A stretch of 62,277 bases of DNA, the filler included, from Choristocarpus tenellus KU-1152 (Eukaryota; Protista; Phaeophyceae): assembly GCA_964200185.2 (NCBI GenBank). It is 9 parts of 9 records of this genome, joined end to end, with 100 filler letters (N's around TTAATTAATTAA, not from the genome) between each part and the next. Parts side by side here need not be neighbours in the genome. Positions count along the whole stretch, not along the records: positions 25,973 to 42,164 come from CAXNAD020000863.1; positions 42,265 to 46,791 come from CAXNAD020014142.1; positions 46,892 to 53,699 come from CAXNAD020007301.1; 6 more parts are not named here. The stretch is one strand, 5' to 3'. The notes under the pieces are model-generated. The model searched no databases, was not told where the DNA came from, and saw only the letters and a program-made list of their open reading frames with translations. This document shows, one piece after another, positions 39,444 through 50,433 of the stretch; position 1 is the stretch's first letter; each line of letters begins with the position of its first letter. Both the position numbers and the translations under genes were made by a program.

Positions 39444-40888
39444 CTTGTATCCTCCATGACATAATCTGTGAAATTTGAGCGGGCATACAAGGTACAATAG
39501 CTTTGACTAGATGCGAAGCAGTGAATATTTGTATCTATTGTCGCAACATTATTGAAGGGATGTTTCACAACCCAGCATGTGATTTTGTTTAAATTGTCCG
39601 GCTGGGCTCTGGTCTGTGATGCCTTCACTATTTCACCAGAGTAGTTTAGAATTCCCTAAATGAGCCACTTTGAAGATCAAGGTTACGCACAAGGATAGAC
39701 CCCACAACTGCACATGAATGTTTAACATGATGATCAAATTTGGTACAGGAAGACACAGACTCCTGATATGCACAGGGGAACCCGTCCTTCTTCAGGAGCC
39801 TCCACCGTCTCAGGGAACCACCGCTCTCAAAAGGTCCAATTCATTTCTTAACCGCTTTTGAACAACTTTGATATGTTTTTGGGATTTTTTTTTCACATCT
39901 TGTTGGGATGGGATTTTTTCAACTTTTCATAGAGGTTGGGGAGCGTATTTTGAACGTTCTTCATTATTTTTTGAGGTCTTCTTTTTGGACATTGGAGAAA
40001 ATGTGTTTGGGAAAGTATTTTGGTCATTTTTACTATTGTTCTATGACATTTTTTGGAAATAGCAAAACGTGGTTTTGAGGACACATATAAGACATTTTCC
40101 CCACCATTTTGTTGAAGGGGCTTATCAGAAATTGAAAAAGATCTTTTGGCGGGAACATAAGTAAATATTTCAGACAATTTTAGAGGTATATTTGTAAGGG
40201 CGATTTGAACATTTTTCACGTGTTTTCAAAACATTTTACAATACTCTCCCACAATTTTCTTGATTAACTTTGTGATGTACTACGGCATCATGTCCAAAAA
40301 CATGTTTCCAACCTTGTCAACATGTATATCGAGCACATTTTTCAATTAATTTTAGAAAAAGCACATGTTGTTGAAGATTTCGTACAATTCTATGTCAGTT
40401 TCTCAAGCACTCTTCCATGATGGTAACGAAACTGGTTGATAAGGTTAGGGTCATGACATTATGCCTGGCAGTTGTGCACCGAAAAATTCGCGCAAAAAGG
40501 GTTTTGTATGTAGCATATATATATATACATTTCAAAAAATAACAGGTTATAGTGAATGTGCTATCACTGCATGCAACAATGACCTCGTCCCCAGGACCCA
40601 CATTAATGGAAGGAGTACAACCTTTTTAGAGTAAAATAGTGTTGAAGTTGTTACATTTTTTGTTACTATTTTTATAGTGTTTCTGTACAAGATATTCGCC
40701 CTTTTTGCCACGGCATGTCAACTTCTTGTCTAACCTTCTTCAGGATGATTTTTTCAGGGTATTTAACCCGGCCAGGCCGTGACCATGTCCACGACTGGCT
40801 ATATATAAACTGCAGACCTGGCCCAGAGCCCCATTATTTTGAATCAGTTTATGGCCACTTGACCATTTTCGATTTAGGTTGTACAGAG

Positions 40889-41147
40889 GAACCAAAGTAT
40901 CTTGGAGGGTAGAGTCGTGTTCACTTGGAGGCCAAAATCCAATATTGCGATTTTGATGCAATTATGTCTATTGTGTTTGGTAGGAAGTGTCAACATCCAT
41001 GTTCTGGAAAAAACTTTTCATAACATACACACTTTACCTATTCCTAAACATTTTGGAGTAGGAAAATGTCATAAAAGAACCCATGGGAAGCTAAGCCCCA
41101 AATCGACAAACAGGGCAAAACTCCTACCCTCTAAGATGCTTTCACTC
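40889..41147 (-). mobile_element. MITE family 1, intact 259-bp copy with 4-bp TSD
   Basis: TIRs GAACCAAAGTATCTTGGAGGGTAG / CTACCCTCTAAGATGCTTTCACTC; flanked by AGAG/AGAG (40885-40888 and 41148-41151). Confidence 0.82.
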
Positions 41148-43124
41148 AGAGGCGGCTGGTAGGCTAGAGTGGTGCTGAGTAGTGACGGCCATGGAATCAG
41201 GCATGTTAACTCACTTGTGCCCTGGAGGCGGCCTTGGTCTTCTTGAAGAAACAGTGGAGGATTGACCGTGATAGAACGTTTTATCTTTGGTCGACCAGGT
41301 GAATTTTTTTTACAGTTGAGTCTGTCACGTCATGGTCATCGGTCCCTATTCACCGTTCACTCTACTTGTGTACTATACTATAAATTCCAAGTGCTAAAAA
41401 TACTATATATACCACTTCTTCCGTTCGGAATTAAATATGACATAACTAGTGGAAGGTCTGTTCTCACCCAGGAATGACGCACGTGACAAACCCTCTGGAT
41501 AAGGCTTAGATCTCATAGAAATTGGGAAGCGTGTAAAGTTTGAGATAGTGGGTTGTCATAACTGTGAAAGATCACAAATGCAAAGACAACCAAGTTGCAT
41601 TTGACAGGATCCAAAAGTCACTGTCAAAGCGGATGTTTATTTGGATGCCTAGAACGAAGACCCCCGTCGTTCGAGCAGCGCGCTCACCCGTCATTGCTCA
41701 TTGATCCCTATTCTTTGGTCAGAAGTCTGCTCGGGGTCCAGACTCAAACAACCTGCCGACAGTGTGGTAGCATATTGCCTGGAGGCGAGAGGGCCTGAGA
41801 CTCGGGTACCTCAGGGGACAATGGTGGCTATTGTGAAGGACATAGGGATTTCCCGACCACCTTTTTCCATCACCTGAAGGAGCAAAGCAGCCAGGTTGTA
41901 CAGGGTGAATGCATGGACCTTGTACGACCTCGCAAGGGGCAATGTGGCCGTGTACAAGTATCCTTGATGTTTGGGGTGTCCCATCAGTACACTGCACATC
42001 CTTCCACAAATGGGTGGCCAAAGCTGGGGTCTCAGTTGCCTCATTTTGGGGTCTGTGCAGAAAGTGAAGAAGGGTCAAGCGGTGGATTAGTTAAAACATA
42101 GGCTACTCATCTGTTTGTTCCTTGATACGATACAGTTCCACCAGTCAACACTGACTGTTGATTGNNNNNNNNNNNNNNNNNNNNNNNNNNNNNNNNNNNN
42201 NNNNNNNNTTAATTAATTAANNNNNNNNNNNNNNNNNNNNNNNNNNNNNNNNNNNNNNNNNNNNCTCTCCCTAGGGATCTGCTGACTGTGAGCTGGAATT
42301 CCAGAGGGGGGATCTGGCATGCTGGTTCCAGCGGTTGCGTCGAGGCCCAGGCGTTTGCTCCTTGTCCACACTGGCTCCGGTGGCGTGCTAGGGCTAATGA
42401 AGAGCTTTCCCTCCCTTGGTGGGCCTCATTTGGAAGGTCAGCTAGCTTTGTCCTGAAGGAGTCAAAACGAATCTTGTTGAGGAGACATATATATTTTTCA
42501 TTGGTTTCCCCCCTGACACATCTGCAAAATGTCAGAGGGCATAATAATAAAATGAAATATGTCGTTATTAGCCCTAAAGAAATAAAATATCCTAAAAACT
42601 TAAGAATACTCTAAAACATTTTATGAGATCATGTATACTTTCGAATCCTTATTCATTGATTCCAACAAATATATTTTTTCAAATTATGAGAGCCATCTTC
42701 CACAGAAGTTATACCCTAAAGGTGACCCATCTTGAACATTATGATTTTCGTATGACATTTATTCTTGGATGTTGAAGGTAACATCTGCTTGAAGTAAGAT
42801 CGGGAGTTTTGGAGTGACGTTACCAAAGCCCCCCTCTTTCAGTTACCGCTGGAACACTCTGTTCCTGAGTGATCTTCTGAGGGTTTGCTCTCCCTTTTTG
42901 ACTTGTCTGTCTTTGATCTTGCCTCTGTGGGTCTTCCCGCTCCCCTTCATTATGAAGAATCTGTCGGCTTGTTTCCATCTGTTTCACAAAGTCTCGAAAG
43001 TACATTTTTAAGGAATTTTACTAATAGCTGTACCTTCAACTAACCCAATAATGTTATTTTTAAATATCCAAACAATACGTTGAACCCAACTCAGCGTTTT
43101 TAGTTTCAAGGAATGTTTCTTCTT

Positions 43125-44260
43125 CACGGACATTTTGAGTATACAATCGTTCCTATTCCATTTTTTTGTGAAGGAGGATTTTTTTTTACAAGAATGAACT
43201 CCAAGTAAGGGGTAGGAGGTATGAAGATACACTTAATTAGAACACATAAAATTGTGGAAAGCATGTTTACCTGTTATTATACCGTAATTGCTGTATGCGA
43301 TATACCCTTATACCGTGGTACCGATTGAGATTCCCAATCAAAAGTCCATGATTTCACTGACAGACTTTCTGTCAGAATGTCGGACATTTTGAGTATACAA
43401 TTTATAGCTTACTATGCCCTCTGACATTTTGCAGATGTGTCAGAGGGAAACCAATGAAAGCTATATACATACAATCGTTCCTATTCCATTTTTTTGTGAA
43501 GGAGGATTTTTTTTTGCAAGAATGAACTTCAAGTATGTACAGATGAAGGGGTAGGAGGTATGAAGGTACAGTTAATTAGAACACATAAAATTGTGGAAAG
43601 CATGTTTACCTATTATTATACCGTTATTGCTGTATGTGATATACCCTTATACCGTGGTACCGATTTCACTGACAGACGTTTTGTCAGAATGTCGGACATT
43701 TTGAGTATACAATATAAAGTATACAATCGTTCCTATTCCTATTCTATTTTTTTGTGGAGGAGGATTTTTTTTACAAGAATGAACTTCAAGTATGTACAGA
43801 TGAAGGGGTAGGAGGTATGAAGGTACAGTTAATTAGAACACAAAAAATTGTGGAAAGCATGTTTACCTGTTATTATACTGTTATTGCTGTATGATTGAGA
43901 TTCCCAATCAAGAGTCCATGATTTCACGGACAGACTTTCTGTCAGAATGTCGGACATTTTGAGTATACAATCGTTCCTATTCCATTTTTTGTGAAGGATT
44001 TTGTTTTTGCAAGAATGAACTTCAAGTATGTACAGATGAAGGGGTAGGAGGTATGAAGGTACAGTTAATTAGAACACATTAAATATATTATTATGCCCTC
44101 TGACATTTTGCAGATGTGTCAACACATAAAATTGTGGAAAGCATGTTTACTGTTATTATGCCGTTATTGCTGTATGTGATATACCCTTATACCGTGGTAC
44201 CGATTGAGATTCCCAATCAAGAGCCCATGATTTCACGGACAGACTTTCTGTCAGAATGTC
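43125..44260. repeat. Tandem array of ~250-bp units (about 4 copies) with block indels and inverted insertions
   Basis: Unit GACATTTTGAGTATACAATCGTTCCTATTCC...GGGGTAGGAGGTATGAAG...ATTGTGGAAAGCATGTTTAC...GTCAGAATGTC recurs at ~43129, ~43470, ~43695 and ~43953. Confidence 0.92.
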
Positions 44261-44468
44261 ACACATGGAAGAACCACTTTATCCTCACGTCTTGACTGAT
44301 GGTGATGAAGCCCCATCTTTGATGGTGCTCATCACTCGTCAGTTTTTGCACATGTCCAACCTTAACGTTACGGTTCGTCCTTATTCGTGTGGTCCGTCCT
44401 GCCCGGTGATTCTCTTCACCACCCTTGCCTGAGCGAACCACGCTGCCACAGAATCATACGATTCACAT

Positions 44469-44516
44469 TGGCGACACCGGTGAGATTCGAACTCACGCGT
44501 GCGAAGCACACAAACT
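44469..44516 (-). pseudogene. 3' half of a class II tRNA (Ser-like) including CCA; PBS-like
   Basis: Minus strand GTTTGT-GTGCTTCGCAC-GC-GTGAGTTCGAATCTCAC-CGGTGTCG-CCA: long variable arm, T arm, acceptor 3' strand and CCA. No D arm or 5' acceptor strand. Confidence 0.75.
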
Positions 44517-46919
44517 TAGTTTGACTTATCTAACACGACCTTTTAACAAAGCCTAAGCGAGGGTTTGGGATGTTCTAAACACCACATCCCGAACTACTGT
44601 TTCATGAATCGGATGGGGTACAGGTACAGTTCACACACGCCCTCACGCCTTCAATACTTTGAACTCGTTCTGGAGGTACGAGATTGTGCCCAGACCAGGT
44701 GTAGTACTCGGAGTACATGCAGGTTTCGTAAAGGTCTCGGAATGTACACGTTCAATATGAATGAGTAGGCACATTAACTACGATCACACCTGAGCTACCT
44801 GTGAATTGGTCTCCATCCACCCTGTTCAGAAGGAGGTTGCCATTCGTTCCGTGCAGAAAGTATTGGAGAAGCCCGAAGTCTACCCCCCATAGCTCCGAAG
44901 AAGAAACGTGGAATACTATAATATGTACACCCCAGATAGAGTTGGGAGAAGACGATTAACAGCAGATTCCAAAAATTGAGGATGGAGCTTTTCATTGAGG
45001 ATGAGCTTGACCCAAAATTGACTGGGATAAAGTGTCGATATGTTTTTTTTTTCAATCCAGGAAAGGCTACTCCCACGAATTATCGCAATATGCCATTTAA
45101 TTTTGTTTTAGTAGTGTCACTGTCTAGATAACGTTAGGTTAAGGATGTGATGATGCGAGCGACAATGCAGAATGCGATAGTGTCAAGGACACAGTTGAAA
45201 CTGCGTTTGGAACTTATTTTCCGCTCTATATCACAAGCAAGGAAACGACATGCTTTTGGTGAGAACCTATAAATCATGAGATCGTATTTCTGTGTGTGTT
45301 GGAAAATAGGGCAGAGACACCATCTGCGTGACGACATATCACAGAAGGTGATACATGCACAACACTTGCAAGTATTTCATTGTTAATGTCAAAAGAAATG
45401 TACTGATTAGAGGAGTGGCGGGGACACTGGTCAGGAGTAATGAATGAAAAATCCGTTTTAACCCTGATGCCAGTATTTCTTGTTGAGGATGCACACAAGA
45501 AAGCATCTGTGATGTCATAATGATCAATGTTAAACCGGTCCGTCTTTGTTATAGAGGGTATTCTGAGAGCTGCGAAGACTGAAATGGACTACACACTTCT
45601 GTGGTTGGTTGTAGAATTAGAGCTGAATCAATAGAGATATCTATACCTGTATGTATGCCCCGTTGCCTGGAGATGTTCGTGTTGTGCGTCTCTCTTCCCA
45701 AGGCTTGATATTGACTTTAAACTCGATCTCCACCTGTCGATTCTACGCTTGCAATCTACAAATGTCACACAATCTACATGTTACACCTCCACGTCAACAC
45801 AAACATTGCCACTATTCAGACTGTTTGCAGTGCTTACTTCTTGAGGGCAAGCTGAGGCTTGAGATCACTCCTGGTTCAATGTGGAAGTGTCAATGAGTGG
45901 AGATTGAAGTCCTGAACACACCACAACCCTGGGCAATGCACGGACATCACTTCCGATCTCCCTTTTACGTTCCTGGTCAAGAATACGCCAGCACCTTCTG
46001 CCACAGGTGGGCGGCAAAAACAGTTTCGGATCGTGGAAACCCAGCTGTTTGACAGATCGGGGGGTAGGACTGAGATGTACTACCCATCCCATCCAACTGC
46101 ACAACCCTCCATTCTCCCTTTCTCAAGGTAACATGAGAGGTGCTCTGCGTGGAGAAATTTCTGTTGCCCAGTTCTCCAAGCTGTAGTCCAACAGATGCGA
46201 AAGTTTTTTCTGCGAAAATGGAGAAGTCCTACCCCCTTCCATAACATCCTCCAACTATCTCCTGCACTGGGAACTAACGATACTGCTGGAGGGTTGAGCC
46301 GCAGATCCCGGATGAATAGAAGGATCACCATGCCGCCTGTCCTCTGGGTCCAATGGTGATCCCTTCTTTCCTTCCCTACCACAGACCCTTCTGTACTCCA
46401 TAGATACAGTCAGCTTCTTTCCTGAAGGACTGACATTAAGCAGGTCGCTTGTCATATATTTGTTGAGGACCTCCGTGGGGTTGTTCGAAAGATCAATACT
46501 GGCTGAATTTTGACTCATATATGATATCAGTTCCTTGCCACAGTCACACTAGTCGTCAGCATACACCATGTTCTGCTGGTGTGCAATCTCCTTCCGTGAA
46601 CTCTTCTTCCTAGTCCCTGTGTCTCTTCTTTATTACATGCCATCATCAGCATCGAGTACATGATCAATGGACCACATCTGCTCATCCTCCAAACTTCCTA
46701 GTTTCCACGGGAGTTAAATGTTCGATTAGACTCTTCCAACTCTATCGGACAGTTACGGTAAAAAATGTATGGAGTAATGGAACAATCAATTNNNNNNNNN
46801 NNNNNNNNNNNNNNNNNNNNNNNNNNNNNNNNNNNTTAATTAATTAANNNNNNNNNNNNNNNNNNNNNNNNNNNNNNNNNNNNNNNNNNNNAATGAAATG
46901 CCCGTTTTCTTTTTTTTGC

Positions 46920-46973
46920 CCAAATGGACACCCCCGGGTTGCCCCCCCCCCCCCCCCCCAGATACTTTGGGTC
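46920..46973. mobile_element. MITE family 2, partial end near contig start
   Basis: CAAATGGACAC...poly-C CAGATACTTTGGGTC. Confidence 0.65.
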
Positions 46974-47682
46974 TAGGACAATTTTTGGTGGCTAACCCTC
47001 GGTGGCTCTGAACAGCAGTATGCCGGGCAGGTTTGGTAGGTGCACTAGGCCCGTTCCTAACAGGATGAAAACAGTTGTTGCGGAAAAAAAAAAAAAATCA
47101 GGATAAAAAAAAAAAACGGACGAAGAATATGCACATTTCGATTCCTAGAAAACTGCAGAGGACCACCACTGGCCTAAAATGGATGCAAAGCAGGAAAAGA
47201 GTCGATTTATTTATGAATGTATATAACGATTCTTCGGGGAATCAGAGTGAAGAGGAAAGAGTCCACCAACGAACAGACCAACAAGGTTGTAGCTGTTCTG
47301 ACGGTGTGGTAATGTCTGATTGGTATCTCGTCACAGCTGGCGTTTGTGTTTGCTCAGTATGTGGTAAGATGAATACACAAAAAAAAAACTGTCAAAATGC
47401 GACCCTTGGAAAGTAAATGTTGTACTGACTCTTTTTGTTTTTTTCTTTTTGACACATTTTTGCGCTGAACAGACAAAACTTCCGCTTCCTCTGTACTAAG
47501 CAAACCTTATGAACAAACAACCTTGATTGCTGCACATGTTTCGTGCTTGATCTACACTTCCCAGTCCCGATAATGTTTGTAACGGTTTTTGAGGGTACCT
47601 ACTGCTGTCCCACGGTTCCTTGCCAACCTCCTTCACCCCCCTCCATCTCCTTCCCATATGTTAAGCCCCCCAACCAGCTCAC

Positions 47683-50187
47683 TTTAGGCAGGTTAAATTC
47701 CGATTAGGTTGAAGACTTTGGCCAAGTCCAATTGCACCAGCGTCCTTCACGCTGCAATAGGTCATGCTGGAGTGTCAACAGGGAAGGGGAGTGGCGAGGC
47801 AGCCATTACTGTATTGAGTTGAAGTTCGTCTTAGCCCTGAAGCTCTTTCAATGGTTCCATCTTTGTACCCTTTTTGGATACTTTACTCACTTTGCACTCA
47901 TTTACCCCCATCCCAAAAAGATACCTCACAGCTGCTTTCGCAAATCCATGTGGTCACTCACTCCAAATGGTGCACAGTTTTGTTGACTGCAAGGCCATGT
48001 GCGATGAACAGGGTACCCTGGTCCCCAATACAGCAGTTGAATAGGCTGCAAGACATGAGCATGCCATGGGTTTTGGTCAGATGGAGGTCGGGACCAGCAG
48101 AACTTGACACCTGTCAGGGAATAGCATGATATATAGATTGGACTTGCTTGCACCCTCACAGCACCAAACTTGCCAATATTGAACTTCTATTATATTTATT
48201 TCTGCTTACTCTTTGTGTGGTTTGCCATTGTTGGTGTCAATTGTGTTACATAGTTTGAAGTTTTTCTGTGGACTGGATCCAACTAACGCAAATGTATCAT
48301 CAACACTGCACAAAATGATGTTGGGATTTGCTCGGGGGTAGGGAGCGGGTTTCAATAACACTTCTTTCCCTGATTATGGAGCTCAATCTGAAATACAACT
48401 TTGAAAGTCTACTCATTCCTGTTGAGCTTCCAATCGACTCAGAATCATTGTTAATTACTGTAAGAAGGAAAACACTCCCATCTTTACTCACGAGAGCTCC
48501 TGGAGAGAGGTTGTAGCTCCAAGCATAGATCCCAGGCCCTGGGCAGCTTCCACCTCGAGCTCTTTCCCTCCTAGCAATAGTTTCCGGACTCTGTTGTTGC
48601 TTTGGAGGGCGAGCGATATTGAATACATCGACTCTTTTGATACTTTCTCGCAGAGTATGTTAACCTATGAAATTTTTCCGTATGTGGCATAGTACAGGCA
48701 TATCACAGGTAAGGCTGGTAATATATATAACAAACCTATTGCTATATCAGTTCGACTATTTGACATTTAGAGCTCGACAGAGATAGGTGCATCCACTTGA
48801 GTATTTCAAACTACTTAATCAATTACTACGATTTTGCTTCAAATTACAATATATCTACATTTTGTTTTCTTTAATGGGAAATTGGGACATTTTCCCACTC
48901 ACATCCTAGAGCTCTAGTTCCTAAATTGTGATGGCTAGAAATGGACTCCTGTACAGAGGCGCTGACCATAACCACAGAGTCTTTTGTAGGTCGGTTTTGA
49001 CTGTAATGAGAGATTTGTGTACTGACCCATAGTATCTTAGAGGGCGGGCCAGACATCCATTGGGGGCCTGTTTGATACTGTAGTGATTTCTATGTTATAT
49101 GAGTAAATGTGTCGAACGAAAGGGCAATTTTCTTCATCTGAACGCACCTTCCGTTTCAATTCTCTAGGCTGCACAAAGTTCAAAGGAACATCATTCATAA
49201 AACGGGCATCAAACTGGGGTATCTTACAACACGTCATTAAGATCCGAACGGATAACCTGGACTGAACATCCTTCCCTCTAGGATACTATGACCCACTGAT
49301 CCAAAGATCTTGAAAATGCTTGGCACTGTTCTCCAAGCTTTGACCGTGCTCAAAGGTTACTGCCAGGACAAGGTGATGCGGAAGGAGTTGTATCCAGTCC
49401 TGAAATATAATGTCCTGCTGAAGCCTATAAAATAAAATAGACACGGATACGCGCTTATACATAGAATATGAAGAGCTGATAAGGAGTCTATAAAGAAATT
49501 AATCACCTCCGTCACGTTCCTGTCCGCCTTCAAAAACTGCCCCACACCCCTGGCTTCTGTCTTGTTAAATGAGAGAGAAAGTCGATTAATCTTTCTCTTG
49601 GTCTTTCGTAGTAGCTGCAGAACATCCTCCAGACCCTTGGGATCTAATATACTATTGGGGAATGTGCAGTGGTGATATTTTGGTGGAAATTATGTTGCGT
49701 TATGGTTGTTGGAGTACCCTGTGATCAAAGAGTATGTGATCACCAGGTTCCGTTGATCATTCATTATCCTTCCTATCGATAGCCCAGGAATATTCATTGA
49801 GACATACACTGATGTGATTTTGTATGTGGCCAATTGTGTCAGAAGTACGGAGCCGCGACATGAGCGTGGTGGTGTACACCTGTGACCCGAGTTCTCCAGG
49901 AGAGTCTTGTCCAAACACAGGTGTGGCAAGTCTCCTTCGTTTTTCCCGTCTTCCAGGAGCGTATCCACAATAATGAGCTCCTCCTTTTTCCTCATCTATC
50001 AGCATAAAATATTTAGAGCTCTAAGTATTACACTGTATCAGCAGAGCTTATATGGCAAGTGGAACTGTTTGCAGCTTTTGATAGGTCTAAAAAAGATTTG
50101 CCACAGCCTCACCATAACGTTTGTCAAGGGTAACTCCTCGCCCTCCTCGACCTCCTCGTCGACCATTTTGCTTGTTAAACATCCCAT
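47683..50187 (-). CDS. Ribonuclease-inhibitor/NLRC3-type leucine-rich-repeat protein with N-terminal MGCxxSK acylation motif; 3' end not found
   Basis: Exons 50113-50187, 49880-49995, (49718-49768 tentative), 49507-49651, 48492-48664, 47962-48045 and 47683-47766 are in frame. LRRs INRLSLSFNKTEARGVGQFLKADRNVTEV, LQELSLFNCCIGDQGTLFIAHGLAVNKTVHHLDMTYCSVKDAGAIGLGQSLQPNRNLTCL. The last two exons are exactly 84 nt, phase 2. Mostly missed by the ORF track. Confidence 0.82.
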
Positions 50188-50433
50188 TTTTCAACGCTGA
50201 TGTTCAAGGGAACATGGTCGTTCCTCTCTCTCTACTTGACTCGTTGAGGCTCGTGCGTCGAGGAAACGACAAAATACGCACCCTGACAAAGTGAAAGAAA
50301 CTGTCTCAACGGAGAATGCCCACAAGGTTTTACCAACGCCAAATTCCTGTTGCCTACACAACACTCCTATATATCACAAAGCAACAAGAGTGTTCTCTTT
50401 CGTGACATCCCCCTTGTTGGAGCTGTTACCCTC

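Noticed and set aside
44469-44560. Functional tRNA-Ser gene
   Set aside because: The 5' acceptor strand, D arm and anticodon loop are missing.
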